Origin: Deltaproteobacteria bacterium
GTDB taxonomy: Bacteria > Myxococcota_A > UBA9160 > SZUA-336
NCBI GenBank assembly: GCA_031396695.1
Contig: JANNLG010000171.1
Coordinates: 6,053 to 70,052, forward strand
Direction: 5' to 3'
Length of the DNA: 64,000 nucleotides
Part shown: in pieces, positions 51,246-61,745 of the stretch
Numbering within the stretch: position 1 is the stretch's first letter
How the letters are laid out: every line of letters begins with the position of its first letter
Made by a program: the position numbers and the translations under genes
Notes under the pieces: model-generated
Seen by the model: the letters and a program-made list of their open reading frames with translations, nothing else
Databases searched by the model: none
Told to the model about the DNA's origin: nothing

Positions 51246-52070
51246 ATGTACGAGCAGATCCTCTACTCGGTCGAAGACCCCGTCGCGCTGATCACGCTGA
51301 ATCGGCCGGAGCGACTGAACGCCTGGACCGATCGCATGGGCGACGAGCTGCGCCACGCGATCGCGCGCGCGGAGGCCGACAAGAGCGTGGTCGGCATCGT
51401 GCTCACCGGGGCGGGCCGCGGCTTCTGCGCGGGTGCGGACCTGAAGGGACTGCAGGCGATCACCGTTGGCGAGCGCGAGCGCGGCGGCACCGCTTCGGGA
51501 CTCGCCGCCGACCCCGGCGACACCGAAATGGGTGAGTCGTTCCGCAAGCACTACTCGTACCTGATGTCGGTGCGCAAACCGATCATTGCCGCGATCAACG
51601 GACCGTGCGCCGGCATGGCGATGCCGATCGCGCTGTTCTGCGATCTGCGCTTCGCGGCCGAGAGCGCGACCTTCACGACCGCCTTCGTGCGCCGCGGCCT
51701 GATCGCGGAGTGGGGCCTGGCCTGGACGCTGCCGCGGCTGGTCGGCTCCGCGCACGCGCTCGACCTGTTGCTCTCGGGCCGCAAGATCGATGCGCGCGAA
51801 GCCGAGCGGATCGGGCTCGTGAATCGCGTGCTCTCCGACGAAAAGCTGGTCGCCCACTGCGTCGACTACGTGCGCGAGCTGGCGGCGAACGCCTCGCCGG
51901 CCTCGATGATGGTGATGAAGCGGCAGGTCTACCAGCAGCTCACGAGTGAACTCGGCCCGGCGTGCGACGAGGCCGTGAAGCTGATGGTGGAAAGCTTCTC
52001 GCGACCCGACTTCAAGGAGGGCGTGCAGTCCTTCCTGGAACGGCGACCGCCGAAGTTCCCGCGCGTCTAG
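51246..52070 (+). CDS. Enoyl-CoA hydratase/isomerase family protein
   Basis: Crotonase-fold motifs (FCAGADL, AAINGPCAGMA). SD GGAGG 6 nt upstream of the ATG. Confidence 0.85.
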   Translation: MYEQILYSVEDPVALITLNRPERLNAWTDRMGDELRHAIARAEADKSVVGIVLTGAGRGFCAGADLKGLQAITVGERERGGTASGLAADPGDTEMGESFRKHYSYLMSVRKPIIAAINGPCAGMAMPIALFCDLRFAAESATFTTAFVRRGLIAEWGLAWTLPRLVGSAHALDLLLSGRKIDAREAERIGLVNRVLSDEKLVAHCVDYVRELAANASPASMMVMKRQVYQQLTSELGPACDEAVKLMVESFSRPDFKEGVQSFLERRPPKFPRV

Positions 52071-52080
52071 AGGAGTCCGC

Positions 52081-53535
52081 ATGGTCGGGTGGCTCTGGCT
52101 CGCTCCGTTCATCCTCGCCTTCACACCGACGGCGATCTGGCTGTACCAGCGCGGCACGCAATCGGCGTTCAGCGAGGTGCACACGCTGTTCATGCCGCTC
52201 GTGCTCGCGTACCTGATTCGCGAGCAGCTGAAGCTCGATCCGGACCCGACCCCGCGCTCGTCAGCACTGGGCTTCCTGTTCGTCGTGCCCGCGCTGGCGC
52301 TGGTCGCGCTCGACGCGGCGATGCACACGCAGATGCTGGGCGCGATCGCGCTGGTGATTGCGCTGCCGGGGATCTCGCTGCTCCTGCTCGGCACGCGCCG
52401 CACGCGCGAGCTCGCGTTCCCGCTCGCGCTGGCCGTGTTCATCGTGCCGATTCCCACGGGCATGCTGACGCCGCTCTACAGCGTGCTGCGGCCGATCGCC
52501 GCGATCGGCACGACCTGGCTGGTGCCGCTGTTCGGCATGCCGATCGCGCGCGTCGGCACGGCGCTCTCGGTGCCGGGACTCGCGGTCGAGGTCGCGGACA
52601 ACTGCTCCGGCTGGTCGTCGCTGCAGGCCGCGGTGATCACGGCGCTGGTGCTCGCGCACTTCTCGAGCTCGAAACAGCGGAGGCTCGCGCTACTGCTCTC
52701 CGCCATCCCGGTCGCGATCGTCTGCAACATCCTGCGCGTGACCGCGCTCGTGTTGCTGGCGCAACGCTACGGCGCCGAGCTGCTCGACACCACGCTGCAT
52801 CCCGCGTCGGGCGTGATCCTGTTCGGTGTCGTGATCGCGGTGCTGTTCGCGATCGCGGGACCCGACGCCATGCGCTCGGCCAAGGCTTCGGGCCAGCGCG
52901 TCGTCGTCGCGACGCGCTACGCGCTGGCGCTCGCGGCGCTCTGCGCGCTCGCGCTGATCCCGGTCGGCATGCACTCGACCGCGCGCCTGCGCGGCGACGA
53001 CTGCGCGAACGCCGCCGCGCTCGTGCCCTCGGACGGAAGCGTCGATCCCGCCCGCGCGCTGTTGATGCAGCAGCAGTACAAGGCCTCGCAGTGGCGCGAG
53101 GGTACGCTGCCGGCAACCGCGGACACGCCGGCGCTTCGCTACGCCGTGATTCGCAACTACGAACCGAGGCTGCTCTACTACCGCGGCTCGCGCCGGCTCT
53201 GGCAGGACGTCGAGCCTGGCGCCGACACCATCGAGTGGCTGGAGTCCGACGACGGCCGGCTGCCGATCGTGCGCTCGCAGCTCGCGGGCGATCGGCCGGG
53301 GCAGCCGCGCGCGGTGATCGCGTCGCTGCTCGTCTACGAGGGCGAGCCCGTCGAAACCGGCTGGCGCGCGCAGCTCCGCGCGGCGCCGCGCCAGATGTTC
53401 ACGGGCAGTCGCCCGATGACCTTGTTCACGGTACGGGGTGACGTGCAGGGCGGCGATCACGCGGCGGTGGAAAAGCGCGCGCACGCGTACCTGCTCGATT
53501 CGTGGCGAACCTACCGGGCTCTGTGCCGGCACTGA
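52081..53535 (+). CDS. Exosortase (Xrt) with fused C-terminal EpsI-like periplasmic domain
   Basis: Eight-TM core with conserved Cys (VADNCSGWSSL) and Arg (CNILRV) active-site motifs. Extra C-terminal ~180-aa soluble domain. Confidence 0.7.
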   Translation: MVGWLWLAPFILAFTPTAIWLYQRGTQSAFSEVHTLFMPLVLAYLIREQLKLDPDPTPRSSALGFLFVVPALALVALDAAMHTQMLGAIALVIALPGISLLLLGTRRTRELAFPLALAVFIVPIPTGMLTPLYSVLRPIAAIGTTWLVPLFGMPIARVGTALSVPGLAVEVADNCSGWSSLQAAVITALVLAHFSSSKQRRLALLLSAIPVAIVCNILRVTALVLLAQRYGAELLDTTLHPASGVILFGVVIAVLFAIAGPDAMRSAKASGQRVVVATRYALALAALCALALIPVGMHSTARLRGDDCANAAALVPSDGSVDPARALLMQQQYKASQWREGTLPATADTPALRYAVIRNYEPRLLYYRGSRRLWQDVEPGADTIEWLESDDGRLPIVRSQLAGDRPGQPRAVIASLLVYEGEPVETGWRAQLRAAPRQMFTGSRPMTLFTVRGDVQGGDHAAVEKRAHAYLLDSWRTYRALCRH

Positions 53536-55769
53536 GCACACGCACCGCGTTCCGAACCTGCCCGATCTGCGAGGCGAGCTGTGGACTCGCGCTCTCGCTC
53601 GAGGGCGAGCGCGTGCTGCGTGTGCGCGGAGACGAGCGCGACGTCACCAGCCGCGGCTACCTGTGCCCGAAGGGCGCCGCGCTCGGCGAGCTGCACCACG
53701 ACCCCGACCGGCTGCGCACACCGCTCGTGCGCGGGCCCGAGGGTCTGCGCGCGGCGAGCTGGGACGAGGCGTTCGCGGAGATCGAGCGGCGCCTGCAGCC
53801 GGTGATCGAGCGACACGGCCGCGGATCGGTCGCCGTCTACGTCGGCAATCCCACCGCGCACGACTACTCGCTCTACGCCTATCTGCCCGCGCTGCTGCTG
53901 GCGGCCGGCACGCACCAGCTCTACACGGCGGGCACGGTCGACCAGCAGCCGAAGCAGGTCGCGGTGAACTGCATGTTCGGCACGGCCTGGGGCATTCCCG
54001 TGCCGGACGTCGACCGCACGCAGTATCTGCTCGTGCTGGGCGCGAACCCGGCGGCTTCAAACGGGAGCCTGCTGGTCGCGCCGGATCTACAGGGCCGGCT
54101 CGACGCGATCCGCGCGCGCGGCGGGCGCGTGGTGGTGGTCGATCCGCGCCGCACGAAGACCGCCGAACGCGCCGATGAATGGCTGCCGATCCGACCTGGC
54201 ACCGACGCGCTGTTCCTGTTCGCGCTGGTGAACACGCTGTTCGCGGAGGGGCGCGTCGCACTCGGCGCGCTCGGCGCGCACGTGAACGGAGTCGAGCGGC
54301 TGCGCGAGCTCGCGGCGGAGTTCACGCCGGAATCGGTCGAGGCGCGTTGCCGGATTCCCGCAACCACGATTCGCAGGATCGCGCGCGAGCTGGCGAGCGC
54401 CGAGCGCGCCGCCGTGTACGGCCGCGTCGGCACCTGCACGCAGGAGTTCGGCACGCTCGCGAGTTGGGGGATCGACGCGCTGAACGTGCTCACCGGAAAC
54501 CTCGATCGCGTCGGCGGCGTGATGTGGAGCCGGCCGCTGGCCGGCGGCGACCACACGCGCGGCGCGAAGGGGCGCGGACCGGAGTTCCAGGTCGGCCGCT
54601 TCCGCACGCGCGTGCGCGGGGCGCCCGAGGTTCTGTTCCAGCTGCCCGCCGCCTGCCTCGCCGAAGAGATCGACACCCCCGGCGAGGGACAGATCCGCGC
54701 GCTCGTGGTGATCGCCGGAAATCCCGCACTCTCGGTGCCCGACGGCGAGCGGCTCGACCGCGCGCTGGCGCAGCTCGACTGTCTGGTCTCGCTCGACCTG
54801 TTCGTGAACGAGACCGCGCGCCACGCACACGTCGTGCTGCCGTCGCCCTCGCCGCTGCAACAGCCGCACTACGACGCCCTGCTCTATCAGGTCGCCGTGC
54901 GCAACGCCGCACGCTACTCGAAGCCCGTCCTGCCGCTCGACGTCGACGCGCTGCCGGAGTGGCAGATCATGCTGCGCCTGGCCGCGATCTTCGCCGGCCA
55001 GGGCGCGAAGGCGGACGCGAACGCGCTCGACGACGGCTACTTCGCCGCGCGGCTACACGCACAGGTGTCGGACCCGAGCTCGCCGATCCACGGCCGCGAC
55101 CCGGGCGAGCTGGTCGCGCTCGCCGCCGGACGGCGCGGGCCCGAGCGCATCCTCGACCTCGAACTGCGCACCGGTCCCTACGGAGACGGCTTCGGCGCCG
55201 TGCCGGGCGGGCTCTCGCTCGCGGAGCTCGAGCGCCACCCGCACGGGCTCGATCTCGGTCCGCTCGAGCCTGCGCTGCCGGACGTGCTGCGCACGCCGAG
55301 CGGCAAGATCGAGCTCGCGCATCCATACCTGGCCGCCGACCTGCCGCGGCTGCGCGAGCGCCTGTCGCGTCCTGACGACGACGGGCTGCTGCTGATCGGC
55401 CGGCGCGACCTGCGCTCGAACAACTCGTGGCTGCACAACGCGCCGTCGCTGATGACCGGTCGCGAGCGCTGCACGCTGGTCGTGCACCCCGCCGACGCCG
55501 CCGAGCGCGGCCTCGGCGGCGGCGATCTCGCGCAGATCCGTTCCGCGGCTGCGACGCTGGTGGTCGCGGTAGAGGTCAGCGACGAGGTCGCGCGCGGCGT
55601 CGTGTGCTTGCCGCACGGCTTCGGACACGGCCGGGCGGGCGCGCGTCTCACGGTCGCCGCACGCCGACCCGGCGTGAACTCGAACGCGCTCTCGGATGCC
55701 CGCGCGCTCGACGCGCCGTCGGGAACCGCGGTCGTGAACGGCATCCCGGTCGAGGTCGCACGCGCCTGA
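53523..55769 (+). CDS. Molybdopterin-dependent oxidoreductase (MopB superfamily, formate dehydrogenase/nitrate reductase-like catalytic subunit). Start is GTG 53523 or CTG 53532.
   Basis: N-terminal 4Fe-4S motif (CPICEASCGL...CPKG). Mo-bisPGD domains. No in-frame TGA, so this is the Cys-type enzyme. Confidence 0.75.
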   Translation: MPALSTRTAFRTCPICEASCGLALSLEGERVLRVRGDERDVTSRGYLCPKGAALGELHHDPDRLRTPLVRGPEGLRAASWDEAFAEIERRLQPVIERHGRGSVAVYVGNPTAHDYSLYAYLPALLLAAGTHQLYTAGTVDQQPKQVAVNCMFGTAWGIPVPDVDRTQYLLVLGANPAASNGSLLVAPDLQGRLDAIRARGGRVVVVDPRRTKTAERADEWLPIRPGTDALFLFALVNTLFAEGRVALGALGAHVNGVERLRELAAEFTPESVEARCRIPATTIRRIARELASAERAAVYGRVGTCTQEFGTLASWGIDALNVLTGNLDRVGGVMWSRPLAGGDHTRGAKGRGPEFQVGRFRTRVRGAPEVLFQLPAACLAEEIDTPGEGQIRALVVIAGNPALSVPDGERLDRALAQLDCLVSLDLFVNETARHAHVVLPSPSPLQQPHYDALLYQVAVRNAARYSKPVLPLDVDALPEWQIMLRLAAIFAGQGAKADANALDDGYFAARLHAQVSDPSSPIHGRDPGELVALAAGRRGPERILDLELRTGPYGDGFGAVPGGLSLAELERHPHGLDLGPLEPALPDVLRTPSGKIELAHPYLAADLPRLRERLSRPDDDGLLLIGRRDLRSNNSWLHNAPSLMTGRERCTLVVHPADAAERGLGGGDLAQIRSAAATLVVAVEVSDEVARGVVCLPHGFGHGRAGARLTVAARRPGVNSNALSDARALDAPSGTAVVNGIPVEVARA

Positions 55770-55784
55770 GCGGGCGATCTCGAG

Positions 55785-56654
55785 TCAGGCGTAGCCGGCG
55801 GGCAGCTCGCGGGCCGGTGATTCCTCGAGCAGGTAGCTGCGATTGCAGAACGCTTCGCGGAAGCCGACGCGCTGGTAGACGTGGCGGGCGGCTTCGTTCG
55901 CCTCGTCACAGTAGAGTGTCACGATCTCGTAGCGATCGAAGAGCCGGGCGCAGATGCCGCGAACGCCCTCTGTCGCGTGACCGCAGCCGCGCGCAGCGCG
56001 CGGGACGAACACGCCGCCGAGCTGCACCGTGTTCGCGCTGGCTGCGCCGACGTGCACCTGGAACACGATCCGGCCGCGCGCGCGCGCGATCCACCAGCGG
56101 CCGTCGCGCACGTCGCTCGCGTGGCGCTCGCGGAAGCCCGCGGCGTCGGCGGCCTCGCGGTCGTCGTGCAGGTCTTCGCGGTGCTGCTCCGCGCTGTTCG
56201 CGGTCAGCTCGAGCAGGTCGGACGCGCGCGCCGGCTCGAGCAGCATGCGCTGCGCGGCGGCGCTCGGCCCGCACAGCTCGGCCGCGCGCGCGGCGAACAC
56301 CGGCTCGCGGCGCGTCCAGCGCAGACCCGGGGCGTGGCGCTGGTACTCGCTCCAGAACGGCTCGGTGACGTCCTCGCTGCCCACGATGTGACGCGGCCGG
56401 ATTGCCGTGCGCGCGGCCGCCGCCGCGAGCGGTGCGAACGCGCGCGCGTCGCGCACTTCGAGCGCGGTTCCCCCTTGCGGGCCGATCATCAGCACCGCCT
56501 CGAGCCGCCCGCCGGGCGCGTAGCCGTAGAAGCCCGGCACCCGGCCCAGCACGCCGGCCGCGACCACGTAGTCGAGAAACACGTTGTGGAGCGGCCGCGC
56601 GCGCAGCAGCGCGCGGGCGTCGAAGCCGTCGGCGGCGGTCAGGGGGCGAACCAT
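55785..56654 (-). CDS. GNAT-family N-acetyltransferase (two-domain)
   Basis: C-terminal GNAT core (VFVPRAARGCGHATEGVRGI, YQRVGF). Confidence 0.6.
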   Translation of the reverse strand: MVRPLTAADGFDARALLRARPLHNVFLDYVVAAGVLGRVPGFYGYAPGGRLEAVLMIGPQGGTALEVRDARAFAPLAAAAARTAIRPRHIVGSEDVTEPFWSEYQRHAPGLRWTRREPVFAARAAELCGPSAAAQRMLLEPARASDLLELTANSAEQHREDLHDDREAADAAGFRERHASDVRDGRWWIARARGRIVFQVHVGAASANTVQLGGVFVPRAARGCGHATEGVRGICARLFDRYEIVTLYCDEANEAARHVYQRVGFREAFCNRSYLLEESPARELPAGYA

Positions 56655-56680
56655 CGGCGTCAGGGTACCATCGCGCTCCG

Positions 56681-58645
56681 ATGAGCTCGACCGAACTCAC
56701 CCCGAACGATTCGGGGACGGACCTCGACCTGTGGGGTCAACTGCGCGTGGTGCGGCGCTGCCTGCCGCTCCTGCGCGGCGTGCGCCGACACCTCGTGGTG
56801 TTGCTTCTCTCGATGGCCGCGCTCGCGCTCGTCGGCTTCGCGAGCTTCCTGGTCTACGCGCCCGCGCTCTGGAACGGCGCGTTGCAGGGCCAGCCGATCT
56901 CGGAGCTCGCCGCGCGCGCGGTCGGCATGGCGCCCGAGCGGGTCGCGCACGTGGAGGCGCTTGACGCTCCGCTGCGCCGCGCGCTCGCGGAGCGCCTCAC
57001 CTGGATGCTCGCCGGACTCAGCGTCTCGATCGCCGCGGGGATCATGGCGGTCGGCTACTACGGCATCTGGATCCTGCAGCGCGTGAACCAATCGCTGCGG
57101 CTGCAGCTGGTCGATCGCCTGCAGACGCTCTCGCTGCGCTTCCACGATCAGAGCCGCGTGGGCGACGCGATCTACCGCACCTATCAGGACAGCGCGATGG
57201 TCACGCAGGTCGTCCAGTCGTACATCATCGCGCCGATCGCCGGCGCCACGCAGGCGGTCACGCTGACGCTCGTGCTGGTCGCGTTCTCGCCCGCGCTCGC
57301 GCTGGCGCTCGCCGCGACCTGGCTGCCGCTGCTCGCGCTCGGGCTGTGGTTCTCGAAGCGCCTGCGCGCGCGCTTCCGCGTCGCACGCGAGACCAACAGC
57401 GGGCTGACCTCGCGGATCCAGGAGAGCCTCGCCGGAGTGCGCGTGATCAAGGCGTACGGGCTCGAGGGCTTCGAGCAGGCGCGCTTCGAGAGCGCCTCGC
57501 ACGCCGCGTTCGCGGGGGCGCGCGCGGCCCGCAGCCAGCTCGCGACTTTCGGCGTGCTCGTGTTCTGGGTGATCGGCGCGTCGACGCTCGCGGCCAGCGT
57601 GCTCGCCACGCTCGCGACGCGCGCCGAGTCGCCGCTCTGGATCGCGAGCCTGGTGGCTTCGCGCGGGCCGGAGTTCGCGCAGGCCTGGCTCGCGAGCGCG
57701 GGCATCGGCCTGTGGACGCTCGGCCTGTACAACGCCTGGAAAGGCATGTTCGCGTCGGGCGCAGGCAGCATCGTCGGGATCTTCCGCACCTGGGGCCGCG
57801 CGCAGGACATCGCCGTCGGGCTCGATCGCGTGTTCGAGCTGCTCGATACCGAGCCCGAGGTGCAGGACGCGCCGGATGCGATCGCGCTCGCGCCGCTGCG
57901 CGATCGGATCGCGTTCAAGGACGTGAGCTTCGCGTACCAGACGGAGCGGCCGGCACTGGTCGGTGTCAGCTTCGAAGCCAGAATCAGCGCGATCACCGCG
58001 CTGGTCGGTCCGACCGGCTCCGGCAAGAGCTCGCTGATGGCGCTCCTGCTGCGGCTCTACGATCCCGACTCGGGCAGCATCGAGTTCGACGGCGTCGACC
58101 TGCGCCGGCTGCGCGTTGCCGACCTGCGCGGAGCGATCGCGATCGCGCTGCAGGAGAACGTGCTGTTCGCCGCCAGCGTGCGCGAGAACATCCGCTACGC
58201 GGTGCCCGACGCGGACGATGCCGCAGTGCGCGAGGCCGCGCGTGTCGCCTGCGCCGACGAATTCATCACCGCGCTCCCGCAGGGCTACGACAGCATGCTC
58301 GGCGAGCGTGGCGCGAAGCTCTCGACGGGCCAGCGGCAGCGCATCACGATCGCGCGCGCGATCCTGAAGAACTCGGCCATCCTCGTGCTCGACGAGCCCA
58401 CGGCTTCGCTCGACGCCGAGACCGAGCACCGCCTGGTGCGCAATCTCGCCGCTTGGGGCGCGGGCCGCTGCGTCTTCCTGATCACCCATCGACTTTCGAC
58501 GATTCGCATGGCGGATCAGATCGTCTACCTCGACGCGGGCCGGATCGTCGAGTCCGGGCAGCACGACGCGCTGATGGCGCGAAGCGACGGCGCCTACCGC
58601 GCCTTGGTCGAGACCGAGCGCATCGACTCGCGAGTCGCGCCGTGA
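56681..58645 (+). CDS. ABC exporter, fused permease and ATPase (half-transporter 1)
   Basis: Six-TM N-terminal domain. Walker A GPTGSGKS. Signature LSTGQRQR. Walker B ILVLDEPT. Confidence 0.85.
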   Translation: MSSTELTPNDSGTDLDLWGQLRVVRRCLPLLRGVRRHLVVLLLSMAALALVGFASFLVYAPALWNGALQGQPISELAARAVGMAPERVAHVEALDAPLRRALAERLTWMLAGLSVSIAAGIMAVGYYGIWILQRVNQSLRLQLVDRLQTLSLRFHDQSRVGDAIYRTYQDSAMVTQVVQSYIIAPIAGATQAVTLTLVLVAFSPALALALAATWLPLLALGLWFSKRLRARFRVARETNSGLTSRIQESLAGVRVIKAYGLEGFEQARFESASHAAFAGARAARSQLATFGVLVFWVIGASTLAASVLATLATRAESPLWIASLVASRGPEFAQAWLASAGIGLWTLGLYNAWKGMFASGAGSIVGIFRTWGRAQDIAVGLDRVFELLDTEPEVQDAPDAIALAPLRDRIAFKDVSFAYQTERPALVGVSFEARISAITALVGPTGSGKSSLMALLLRLYDPDSGSIEFDGVDLRRLRVADLRGAIAIALQENVLFAASVRENIRYAVPDADDAAVREAARVACADEFITALPQGYDSMLGERGAKLSTGQRQRITIARAILKNSAILVLDEPTASLDAETEHRLVRNLAAWGAGRCVFLITHRLSTIRMADQIVYLDAGRIVESGQHDALMARSDGAYRALVETERIDSRVAP

Positions 58646-60603
58646 GCGGACCCGTCGAGCCGGTCGCGCGCTCTTCGGTCGAAACGCTGGCGAGCTTCGC
58701 GCGCGCGCTGCGCTACGCCGCGCCGCTGCGCGGACGCTTCGCGGCGAAGATCGGACTCACGGCGCTCTCGCTCGTGCCGATGCTGGTCCTGCCCGTGCCG
58801 ATCAAGCTGTTGATCGATCACGTGATCGGAGATCTCTCGATCGCCGATCGGATCCACTCGTATCCCATGCTCGCCCGGCCGTTCGTGCGCCTGCTCGAGC
58901 ACGCCGACTACACGGAGATCCTCGCCTGGACGATCGGCGCGCAGGCGCTGCTCCTGATCCTGATCGGGCAGATCGGCTCCGACGGCGGCGAGCGCGACCG
59001 CACCGACGCCTGGCTCGCGTCGGGCGTCGACGCCGCGACCGCGACCGAGAACGCGGCGAACGCGGGCTTCAGCTTCGCGGGCGGACTGTTCGGGCTGTTC
59101 GATTTCCGCTGGACGCTGCGGCTCACGCAGGACCTGAACCACCACTACCGAGCGAGGCTCTTCGAGCGCATCCAGAGTCTGCCGCTGCATCTGTTCGACG
59201 ACGCGCGCATCGGCGACGCGGTCTACCGCCTGATGTACGACACGCCGGCCATCACGCAGACTTGCTACCGGATCATCCTGGTGCCGACGCTCGTGCCGTT
59301 CGCGATCGCGGCCTACGCGTTCACGATCTGGGACAGCTTCGGCCAGTCGCGGCTCGCGCTGGCGGCGATCGCGTTCGCGCCGCTCGCGTTCATCGCGACG
59401 TGGCCGTTCGCGCGGCTCGTGCGCCGACAGGGCGGGCGCAGCCGCGCGGCCGGGTCCGTGTCCACGACCTCGCTCGAGGAAGGCGTCGCGAACATCTTGG
59501 CGGTGCAGACGCAGGGCGGCGAGGGCCGCGAACGCGCGCGCTTCGATCGCGACAGCGCGCGCTCGTTCGCGCAACACCGCGGCGTGATGGCGCTCGGGAT
59601 GATCGCGATCCTGGTCGCTTTCGTGCCCGGCATCGCGCTGCTGCGCTGGGTGTTTCTCGAGATCGTGGAATTGGTGATCTCGGGCGCGATCAGCCTGGGC
59701 GACTTCTCTGTGCTCTTCACCTATTTCATCCAGATCGGCGTCTTCGCGGTGATGTTCGGATCGCTCTGGTTCACGCTGCAGACTTCGGCGCCGGGCCTGG
59801 AGCGCGTGTTCTTCCTGATGGATCTCGAGCCCGAGCGCGACCCCCCCGGCGCGCGCGAGCTGCCACGCGCCACGCGCAGCCTGGCGTTCGAGGACGTCGA
59901 CTTCGCCTGGCCCGACGGCACGCCCGCGCTGCGCGGCGTGTCGTTCGAGGCGACACTCGGTCGCGTCACCGCGATCGTCGGCCCGGCGGGCGCGGGCAAG
60001 ACCACGCTGATCTACCACGTGCCGCGTTTCCTGCAGCCGACGCGCGGCCGGGTTCGCGTCGACGGCGTCGATCTCGCCGGCGTCACGCGCGATTCGCTGC
60101 GCGCGCAGATCGCGTTCATCTTCCAGGAGAGCGCGCTCTTCGACGGAACGATCGAGGAGAACCTGCGGCTCGCGAACCCGAACGCCTCCGAGCTCGAGCT
60201 GCGCCGCGCTGTGCAGATCTCCGGCGCGGACGAATTCGTGCGCCGTCTACCCGATGGCCTCGCGACGCGGCTCGGCCGCGCAGGCGCCGGGCTTTCGGTC
60301 GGCCAGAAGCAGCGCCTCGCGATCGCGCGAGGCCTGCTGCGAGACGCGCCCATCCTGATCCTGGACGAGCCGACCTCCGCGCTCGATCCCGACACCGAAC
60401 GGCGTCTGCTCGCGAGCTTGCGCGAAGCCGCGCGCGAGCGCATCGTGCTGGTGGTCGCGCACCGGCTCTCGACCGTGCGCGCAGCCGACCAGATCCTGTT
60501 CCTGCGCGACGGCGCGATCGTCGAGCGCGGCACCCACGACGAGCTGATCGCCATCCCCGGAGGCGCCTACCGCCGCTACGCGGAACTGCAGTCCGCTGGC
60601 TGA
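58642..60603 (+). CDS. ABC exporter, fused permease and ATPase (half-transporter 2)
   Basis: GTGA overlap with the upstream gene. Walker A GPAGAGKT. Signature LSVGQKQR. Walker B ILILDEPT. Confidence 0.85.
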   Translation: MSGPVEPVARSSVETLASFARALRYAAPLRGRFAAKIGLTALSLVPMLVLPVPIKLLIDHVIGDLSIADRIHSYPMLARPFVRLLEHADYTEILAWTIGAQALLLILIGQIGSDGGERDRTDAWLASGVDAATATENAANAGFSFAGGLFGLFDFRWTLRLTQDLNHHYRARLFERIQSLPLHLFDDARIGDAVYRLMYDTPAITQTCYRIILVPTLVPFAIAAYAFTIWDSFGQSRLALAAIAFAPLAFIATWPFARLVRRQGGRSRAAGSVSTTSLEEGVANILAVQTQGGEGRERARFDRDSARSFAQHRGVMALGMIAILVAFVPGIALLRWVFLEIVELVISGAISLGDFSVLFTYFIQIGVFAVMFGSLWFTLQTSAPGLERVFFLMDLEPERDPPGARELPRATRSLAFEDVDFAWPDGTPALRGVSFEATLGRVTAIVGPAGAGKTTLIYHVPRFLQPTRGRVRVDGVDLAGVTRDSLRAQIAFIFQESALFDGTIEENLRLANPNASELELRRAVQISGADEFVRRLPDGLATRLGRAGAGLSVGQKQRLAIARGLLRDAPILILDEPTSALDPDTERRLLASLREAARERIVLVVAHRLSTVRAADQILFLRDGAIVERGTHDELIAIPGGAYRRYAELQSAG

Positions 60604-60656
60604 ATCCGGCGAGACATTGGAACGGGAGGGCCGGACGCGAAGCCGAGCGAAGTCAA

Positions 60657-61715
60657 TCAGGCGTAGCGCGAGCGCCGCTTCACCGCAAGCGCGCGCTCGA
60701 GGTAGAAGATCTCGACGCGCTTCTCGTCGCCGGGGCCGTGCTCGAACTTGTGGCCGCGCAGGATCACGTCGAGACGGCCGAGATCGGGGCGGCCCTGCAG
60801 GTCGCTCTTCGCCGCGATCTCCGTCGACGCGAACACCGTGTCGCCCGAGAAGATCGGCGCGGTGTGGCGGCCGGTCTTGTAGACGATGTCGCCCAGACTG
60901 TTGTCCGAGATGTCGGGGCTCGAGAGTCCCAAGCAGAGCGTGAAGGGAATGCCGCCGAACACGACCAGCTTGCCGCCCAGGTAGCGGCTCGGATCGCGGT
61001 CGATCATGGTCTGGTTGCAGTGCACCTGCGAGGTGTTGTCGAGCATGCCGGTCAAAAAGATGTGCTCGTCGGTCATCACGCGGCCGCGCGAGTGCTCGAT
61101 CGTGTCGCCGGGCTTGAAATCCTCGAAGTAGGTGTCGGCGTTCGAGAGGTGCGCGAGCTCGGCGTAGCCGGCGTTCGAGTCGTAGGCGGGCAGCTCGAGC
61201 GCGACGTCCACCTGCGCAGCGGGCACGTCGCCGAGATCGAGCAAGGCGTTCGCCTCGTGTCGGAACACCTGCACCTTGCGCTGGTAGGCGAGCACGATCT
61301 CGCCGGTCTGCTTGCGCGCGACGCTCTGCACGTGCACGACGCCGAGCTCGGGCCGGCTCGCCGAACTTTTCACGCCCAGCACCGTCGTCTCGGTCTCGAT
61401 CGTGTCGCCGACGAAGACCGGCGCGCCGAAGCGCATGTCGATGTACTCGAGGTTCGCGCGCGCGTTCTCGGAGATGTCCTCGACGGTCTGGCTGAACGCG
61501 ACCGCCATCACCAGGCCGGGCGGAATCGGCAGCGCGGCGTAGCCGTAGGCGCGCGCGTAGCGCAGGTTCTTGTGCAGCGGGTTGGCGGTGAACGAGAAGT
61601 CGGTGAAGTGCGCGGTGAGACCCTCGGTGACCGTGCGCCCGCCCTTGTGGCGGAACAGCTGCCCCAGACGGAAGTCCTCGAGGAAGTTGCCGGTCTTCTT
61701 GCGAATCAGTGCCAA
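60657..61715 (-). CDS. Double MaoC-like (hot-dog) dehydratase (mesaconyl-CoA hydratase-like)
   Basis: Two tandem hot-dog folds. ~350 aa. TTG start at 61715 with a perfect SD AGGAGG 7 nt upstream. Confidence 0.7.
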   Translation of the reverse strand: MALIRKKTGNFLEDFRLGQLFRHKGGRTVTEGLTAHFTDFSFTANPLHKNLRYARAYGYAALPIPPGLVMAVAFSQTVEDISENARANLEYIDMRFGAPVFVGDTIETETTVLGVKSSASRPELGVVHVQSVARKQTGEIVLAYQRKVQVFRHEANALLDLGDVPAAQVDVALELPAYDSNAGYAELAHLSNADTYFEDFKPGDTIEHSRGRVMTDEHIFLTGMLDNTSQVHCNQTMIDRDPSRYLGGKLVVFGGIPFTLCLGLSSPDISDNSLGDIVYKTGRHTAPIFSGDTVFASTEIAAKSDLQGRPDLGRLDVILRGHKFEHGPGDEKRVEIFYLERALAVKRRSRYA

Positions 61716-61745
61716 AGGGGGGTCCTCCTGCCGCGCGGCCGGAGT

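Noticed and set aside
53502-53522. Upstream GTG/ATG start listed for the MopB oxidoreductase (53502)
   Set aside because: It would overlap the exosortase by 34 bp and add a non-conserved N-terminus. GTG 53523 or CTG 53532 gives the usual few residues before the CxxC motif.
56660-58564. 634-aa minus-strand ORF
   Set aside because: Antisense to the ABC transporter gene. R/E-rich.
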